NCBI GenBank assembly: GCA_963669175.1 | Contig: OY769902.1 | Coordinates: 1,472,001-1,536,000 of the forward strand | Reading direction: 5' to 3' | Length of the DNA stretch: 64,000 nucleotides | Source: a bacterium | GTDB lineage: Bacteria; Electryoneota; Electryoneia; Electryoneales; Electryoneaceae | Part shown: positions 59,334 through 64,000 of the stretch, piece by piece | Numbering within the stretch: the first letter of the stretch is position 1 | Layout of the letters: each line of letters starts with the position of its first letter | Notes under the pieces: model-generated | Told to the model about the DNA's origin: nothing | The model's input: only the letters and a program-made list of their open reading frames with translations | Database searches by the model: none | Program-made: the position numbers and the translations under genes

Positions 59334-60281
59334 TCAGCTTCTCCGCCTTTTCTTTTTCTTCTTCCGGTCACGTTTCCGTGTAGGCCAGTCGAGGGGTGGT
59401 TCAAAAGGCAGGTCATTTCTCCAGTTCAGCAATTCCACGAGTTGTTCATCCAACATCCCCGGCAGGCTTACATTTTCTGGTAAAGGAATGGTTTCGTGCT
59501 CTCCTCCCTTATCCTTTACGTCGGATAACACCGGCAACCGATAATGCTGTGCCGCCCTGAACAATATCTGCTGTTGTGATACCTCCATGCTTTGTGGCGC
59601 ATCCGGTATTTCCGCTGTCTTACCCAGCTTGAAACGGACTAATTGGACTATCCATTCCGTTGCATCACGCAAGTGAAGGAGGTTTGCTGTGTCAGGTTCA
59701 GGAGTGACCAGCGGTAACCTGCCCACCAGCCTGCGGATCTGGAACAACGGAAACTGATAGGGTGATTGTCCTGTTCCCCACAGGTCGGGCAGTGGGGCGA
59801 ATGTGATGCGCTTGCTATTGTCCAGGTTCTCAATTAGATCCTGTTCCGCCCGGAACAGTGAATCAGATAGGCATGCATTCTGTTCATGAGTAACGATGAT
59901 CCAGGGACAGGAGGTGCCTGATACAAGTTGTTTCGTTGCCACGAAAAACTGCTCAAGCTGCTTGTTGTACACAGCGGGGATAAATAGTCCGGTCGCAGCG
60001 GGGTACATCGTTGCTGCATGAATCCACAGGTCAATCCCTTCCCGGCCAAGCAGGTCGCGTGCTTCATTGCTTCTAATGTCGATTGGTTGCCAATTGAAGC
60101 CGGGATTTTGCGACAACAGTTCCAAACGGTGCTTGAAATACGGTTCCGGCGCTGATGCCGGCGCCATGACATCCAGCCCGGTGACGGTCCAGCCGCTTTG
60201 CAGGAAACTGAGGGTAAGGGATGAACCCAGTCCGCCCAGTGCGCCAGTTATTCCAATGTGTGGAAATTGATTGTCAGTCAC
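59334..60281 (-). CDS. Divergent NAD-dependent epimerase/dehydratase-fold protein
   Basis: [15 protein letters not shown] Rossmann start; no clear YxxxK; basic C-tail. Confidence 0.65.
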   Translation of the reverse strand: MTDNQFPHIGITGALGGLGSSLTLSFLQSGWTVTGLDVMAPASAPEPYFKHRLELLSQNPGFNWQPIDIRSNEARDLLGREGIDLWIHAATMYPAATGLFIPAVYNKQLEQFFVATKQLVSGTSCPWIIVTHEQNACLSDSLFRAEQDLIENLDNSKRITFAPLPDLWGTGQSPYQFPLFQIRRLVGRLPLVTPEPDTANLLHLRDATEWIVQLVRFKLGKTAEIPDAPQSMEVSQQQILFRAAQHYRLPVLSDVKDKGGEHETIPLPENVSLPGMLDEQLVELLNWRNDLPFEPPLDWPTRKRDRKKKKKRRRS

Positions 60282-61119
60282 GATAGAGGCTCTCCTGCAG
60301 ACGTTGTGTGACTGCGTGCAGTTCCAGCCAATAAGGAAGATGGGTTTGCAGGATTTCCGGTGTAATCATATTGGCTGCATCGGAAGGGCTGCTGTCCGGA
60401 TCGGTATGAACTTCCAGGAACAGGCCATTGACTCCGGCAGCGATGGCTCCACGTACAAGGACAGGAACCATGTCACGGTTGCCGGAAGTAAAACCACCAC
60501 CGCCACCTGGCTGCTGGACGGAATGAGTACCGTCAAAGACAACTGGAGCGTACTCACGCATGATGGCAAGGGAACGGAGGTCCACGACCAGATCACGGTA
60601 TCCGAATGAAGAACCTCGTTCGGTAATAGTCACCGGAACCTCGCCTCCCTGCAGCACTTTGTCACGGGCAAATTTCATATCTTCCGGTGCGAGGAACTGG
60701 CCTTTCTTTACATTGACTGGTTTCCCGGTAGCCCCGGCGGCAACAAGTAAGTCGGTTTGTCTGCACAGAAAGGCGGGAATCTGAAGCATATCAACGGCTT
60801 CAGCTACTGTTGACGCCTGGTGCGATTCATGGATATCGGTGATGACCGGGAGTCCGGTTTTCTCACGTATGGCCTGGAGAATAGACAGACCTTCAGCCTG
60901 ACCGGGGCCACGTTTTGAACTTCCGGAGGTCCGGTTTGCTTTATCGAAAGAAGACTTGAAAATCAGAGGGATTTTGTAGATGGAACAGATATTCTGTAAC
61001 GCTTCGGCGATACGCAAGGCGATGTCCTCAGACTGCAAGACACAGGGACCGGCTATGAGAAAAAACTGGCCGTTTTTGGACTCGCCTATAAAATTCAAGT
61101 GGTTAGCTTTGTCTGTCAT
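60274..61119 (-). CDS. kdsA: KDO-8-phosphate synthase
   Basis: [40 protein letters not shown]. Confidence 0.97.
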   Translation of the reverse strand: MTDKANHLNFIGESKNGQFFLIAGPCVLQSEDIALRIAEALQNICSIYKIPLIFKSSFDKANRTSGSSKRGPGQAEGLSILQAIREKTGLPVITDIHESHQASTVAEAVDMLQIPAFLCRQTDLLVAAGATGKPVNVKKGQFLAPEDMKFARDKVLQGGEVPVTITERGSSFGYRDLVVDLRSLAIMREYAPVVFDGTHSVQQPGGGGGFTSGNRDMVPVLVRGAIAAGVNGLFLEVHTDPDSSPSDAANMITPEILQTHLPYWLELHAVTQRLQESLYRD

Positions 61120-61338
61120 GGAGTACTCCTGTTCGCTTGCTATGTCAATGTGATCCAGGTCTCATTAATTTCTACACTCTGTGTCTATTTTCAAGACTTG
61201 ATCTTGGAATATTCGGTTTTTCTCGGTTAGAAATACGTCCCTTCTCGGGAGGGAATGTACACTAAAATTTATCGCAGGGACAGGCATTGCTTGCGATTCT
61301 TGTGTACCTTGAATACTTGTCGGTTCGGTGAATTTCGC

Positions 61339-61367
61339 TTGACATGCTGAATAGGGACGGTTAGATT
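61339..61367 (+). promoter_or_regulatory. sigma70 promoter
   Basis: TTGACA-17 nt-TAGATT. Confidence 0.6.
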
Positions 61368-61442
61368 CACTTTACTCCGGCAGTGAACTATGGACCGTCT
61401 TTAGTGGGAGAGAGCGGGATTCCGACCAGTCTCGGAGTTTTA

Positions 61443-64000
61443 ATGAGTCGGCAATTGTTTTTTAGTACGATAGCTGACAGTTTTTACAATGCATTTCGCA
61501 GGCCGTGGCGATTGGTGCTGGCGGCCCCAATCATTCTCTGTCTTCTTTTTTCACCTTCTTTTGCCATCCAGAGTGCTTCGATTCTAATTGCCCCGGATCC
61601 TGACGTTCTCCTGAGGGGACAGGCTGAGGCTCAGCAACTCACCCCGGAACAGCTTTCCGCACAAGCCACGCGCCTGATGTATGAGAGCTTCAGGGATTAC
61701 TACTATTTCAGGAAACAGATTCAACTGGATGTGGAAATGCTGCTGCGGGAAACCTACCTGCACGGCGTCTATATCAGTGTGAACCAGGAGTTGACGAAAC
61801 GAGATCCTTCTTCGCGATTCTTTGAAACGGGATTAGTTGAGGAGGATACGGATTCCTACGGGGAAGATCCGCGGCCGGATTTAGCCGATACGATTTCCAT
61901 TCGTGAAGAATACTTGAAGACAAACGATTTCATCAGGGCGGAATATCATCACAAACTGATTTATGTTGAAGCGCTCAAGGCCAAATTGGTAACAGAAGGT
62001 ACATCGGATGAAGTCAAGCGCATGTTTGACTATGACTTGCGGTTGGCTTACGATGCCTACGATGTTGGTTCGGATGCGTTTTATGATAAGGACGCTGAGG
62101 ATCGTCTGCTCGGGTTCCCGTTAGCCATTTTACGGCTGAACCACATTCTTGAGTTGTATCCGTATTCCAATATGGATGACATCCTGTTTTATCGCGGTGA
62201 AGCGGAATACGGCTCAGATTATTTCAATACAGCAGCCCAGACATTTGAAAAGCTGATCAGCGAATATCCCGGAAGTGATTATTATATCGATGCCTTGGCG
62301 CGTTTGTTTTTCTTGCATCAGAGGTTGGAACATTACATGCATCTCGGCGAGATGTGGACCGAGTATGGTAGCATTGATTTCGGTTTTGATGCGATTGTCG
62401 AGTTCGACCGTCGATGGGATGAAATCAGTGATTCCCTCGAGATGGAAGATCTGGAACGTGCTGTAGTCAAACAGTTGGATCGTGAACTTGATCAACTGGA
62501 CCGGGACAAGCCTTTTACACGTGAAGATGTGGAGAAATCATCCAAGCTTTATTATGCGGCCGGGATGGGCTTGTATCTGTCCGGTGTTAGTTTCGCGAAG
62601 AAAGATCCGCCAACCGCGCGTTCCATGTTTTTCATGGCACAGGATGCGTTGGGGCGTGTGCCAAACTTTACGGATAACAAGTTCAAGGCCGCCTACCTTG
62701 AGGGACAGGCTTTGACCCGGCTGGGCAAATACGAAGAGGCGATAGAGCCGTACACCCTCATCGCAGAGGAACGATTCAAGGAGTCCAAGAATCCTTCCGA
62801 GTTTGTTTTATCCAATGATGCACGGGTGAAACTTGGTTATTGCTATTCCCTGATCAACAATTATGATCAGAGTATTTTCTGGTTCAGCCAGGTTGATGAC
62901 GAGACAGAAAGCTACAAGAATGCTTTACTCGGGATGGCCTGGACCAATTATCGTTGGGATAAATACGCTCTTGTAGACAGTTTGACTCAATTGATCATAG
63001 ACCGTTATCCCAATGATCCGCAGTTCTATGAAGCCGTTACCCTGGCCGGGTATAACCGTGAAATGATCGGTCAGCATGATCGTGCAATGACAGCGTACGA
63101 AGCGATGATCAGTCGTTTGGACAACATCACGGATATCGGGGTGTATATCCAGGAGCGTCGGACAATCGCGGAACGTATCCAGGAAGCACGTTCACTTGAG
63201 CCGATGATTGTTGAAAGTGATGACCCGGATTTGTTCTCGGAGTACCTTGAAGTCACCCAGGACCTGGACCGGTTATACAAACGGGTAAAGCTTGCAGAGA
63301 TCGTAACATTGAACCCGGTCATGGAAGAATTCCTGCATGAACGGGATTCAATACGTGTTGTATTTGATTCCCTGGTTGCCTTACAGGATTCTATTTTCGG
63401 CTCGGATCGTCACAGGTCATTGCGCGGGTCGTACGAACGTCTCGCCAACCGTTTGCAGAAGCTGGCAAAGACGATCCAGATGGGTGGCTATACCATTATT
63501 CACCAGGATATGTCGGTAAGCCAGCAAATGGCCGAGATCAGGTATCACAACCAGATCACGAACGACATGATTGACAAGGCGGATGACGAGCGTACAGAAG
63601 TGGATGCGGCTCTTGCAGAAATGCGACGTGTGCGTGAACTGCTTTCACAGACGGGCAACCTGGATCAATGGATTGAACTGGAAATGGCCGAAAATGATCT
63701 ATTAAACGCGCGAAATTCCTTTGAAGAGCAGATAGTCTCTCTGTCGGAGGGACGAATGGCGGAGATCACTGTCGATATAGAAAGTTGGCGTGATTTCGCG
63801 TTCCGTCGTTACGCATTGCAGGGACTTGATTTTGATTCTCTGATTGAGCAGATGCAAATGCTGGATGACTTGAATGACCGTATCTCGGCCATTCAGACCA
63901 TTATTGAGGAGAAGGCCGGCGACGATGAAGACACTCGCCGTCCACCAACACTTGAGGAAACTGGCGCAGATGGGGAGAGTGGATCTGGGGGAGATGCGCC
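61443..64000 (+). CDS. Large exported TPR protein, runs off the window end (not in ORF track)
   Basis: Frame from ATG 61443 reads MSRQLFF..PIILCLLFSPSFA signal-like region, then DDILFYRGEAEY..FEKLISEYPGS TPR motifs; no stop noticed in the stretches translated. Confidence 0.8.
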   Translation, partial: MSRQLFFSTIADSFYNAFRRPWRLVLAAPIILCLLFSPSFAIQSASILIAPDPDVLLRGQAEAQQLTPEQLSAQATRLMYESFRDYYYFRKQIQLDVEMLLRETYLHGVYISVNQELTKRDPSSRFFETGLVEEDTDSYGEDPRPDLADTISIREEYLKTNDFIRAEYHHKLIYVEALKAKLVTEGTSDEVKRMFDYDLRLAYDAYDVGSDAFYDKDAEDRLLGFPLAILRLNHILELYPYSNMDDILFYRGEAEYGSDYFNTAAQTFEKLISEYPGSDYYIDALARLFFLHQRLEHYMHLGEMWTEYGSIDFGFDAIVEFDRRWDEISDSLEMEDLERAVVKQLDRELDQLDRDKPFTREDVEKSSKLYYAAGMGLYLSGVSFAKKDPPTARSMFFMAQDALGRVPNFTDNKFKAAYLEGQALTRLGKYEEAIEPYTLIAEERFKESKNPSEFVLSNDARVKLGYCYSLINNYDQSIFWFSQVDDETESYKNALLGMAWTNYRWDKYALVDSLTQLIIDRYPNDPQFYEAVTLAGYNREMIGQHDRAMTAYEAMISRLDNITDIGVYIQERRTIAERIQEARSLEPMIVESDDPDLFSEYLEVTQDLDRLYKRVKLAEIVTLNPVMEEFLHERDSIRVVFDSLVALQDSIFGSDRHRSLRGSYERLANRLQKLAKTIQMGGYTIIHQDMSVSQQMAEIRYHNQITNDMIDKADDERTEVDAALAEMRRVRELLSQTGNLDQWIELEMAENDLLNARNSFEEQIVSLSEGRMAEITVDIESWRDFAFRRYALQGLDFDSLIEQMQMLDDLNDRISAIQTIIEEKAGDDEDTRRPPTLEETGADGESGSGGDA

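Overview
Bacterial chromosomal window of roughly 50% GC. It probably comes from a non-Bacteroidota FCB-superphylum organism, inferred from seven proteins with Por/T9SS type-A C-terminal sorting domains, a DUF4835/PorD-like gene, an archaeal-type ApgM and a DGGGPS-like UbiA. Housekeeping genes (acnA, trxA, hisS, feoB with a DtxR-FeoA fusion, rodZ, maf, apgM, kdsA) are mixed with signalling genes (hybrid PAS kinase, response regulators, HD-GYP, HDOD). Intergenic DNA is dense with REP-like palindromes, MITEs, tandem repeats and an IS200/RAYT-type Y1 transposase. The standout is 41.4-56.6 kb: six tandem paralogous secreted proteins (signal peptide + PilX/ComZ(DUF4900)-like domain + beta-helix + T9SS sorting domain). 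Four of their upstream regions carry a ~240-bp AT-rich segment bounded by (RCGCAAAG)n repeats, and the interior lies in opposite orientations in different copies. This is a candidate multi-switch invertible (phase-variation) surface-protein system. Other notable items are an Rrf2-DsrC-DsrC fusion with a palindromic operator, a natural Tn5-mosaic-end-like MITE inserted in a REP, and tandem amplifications next to REPs. All calls come from reading the sequence; no database searches were run.
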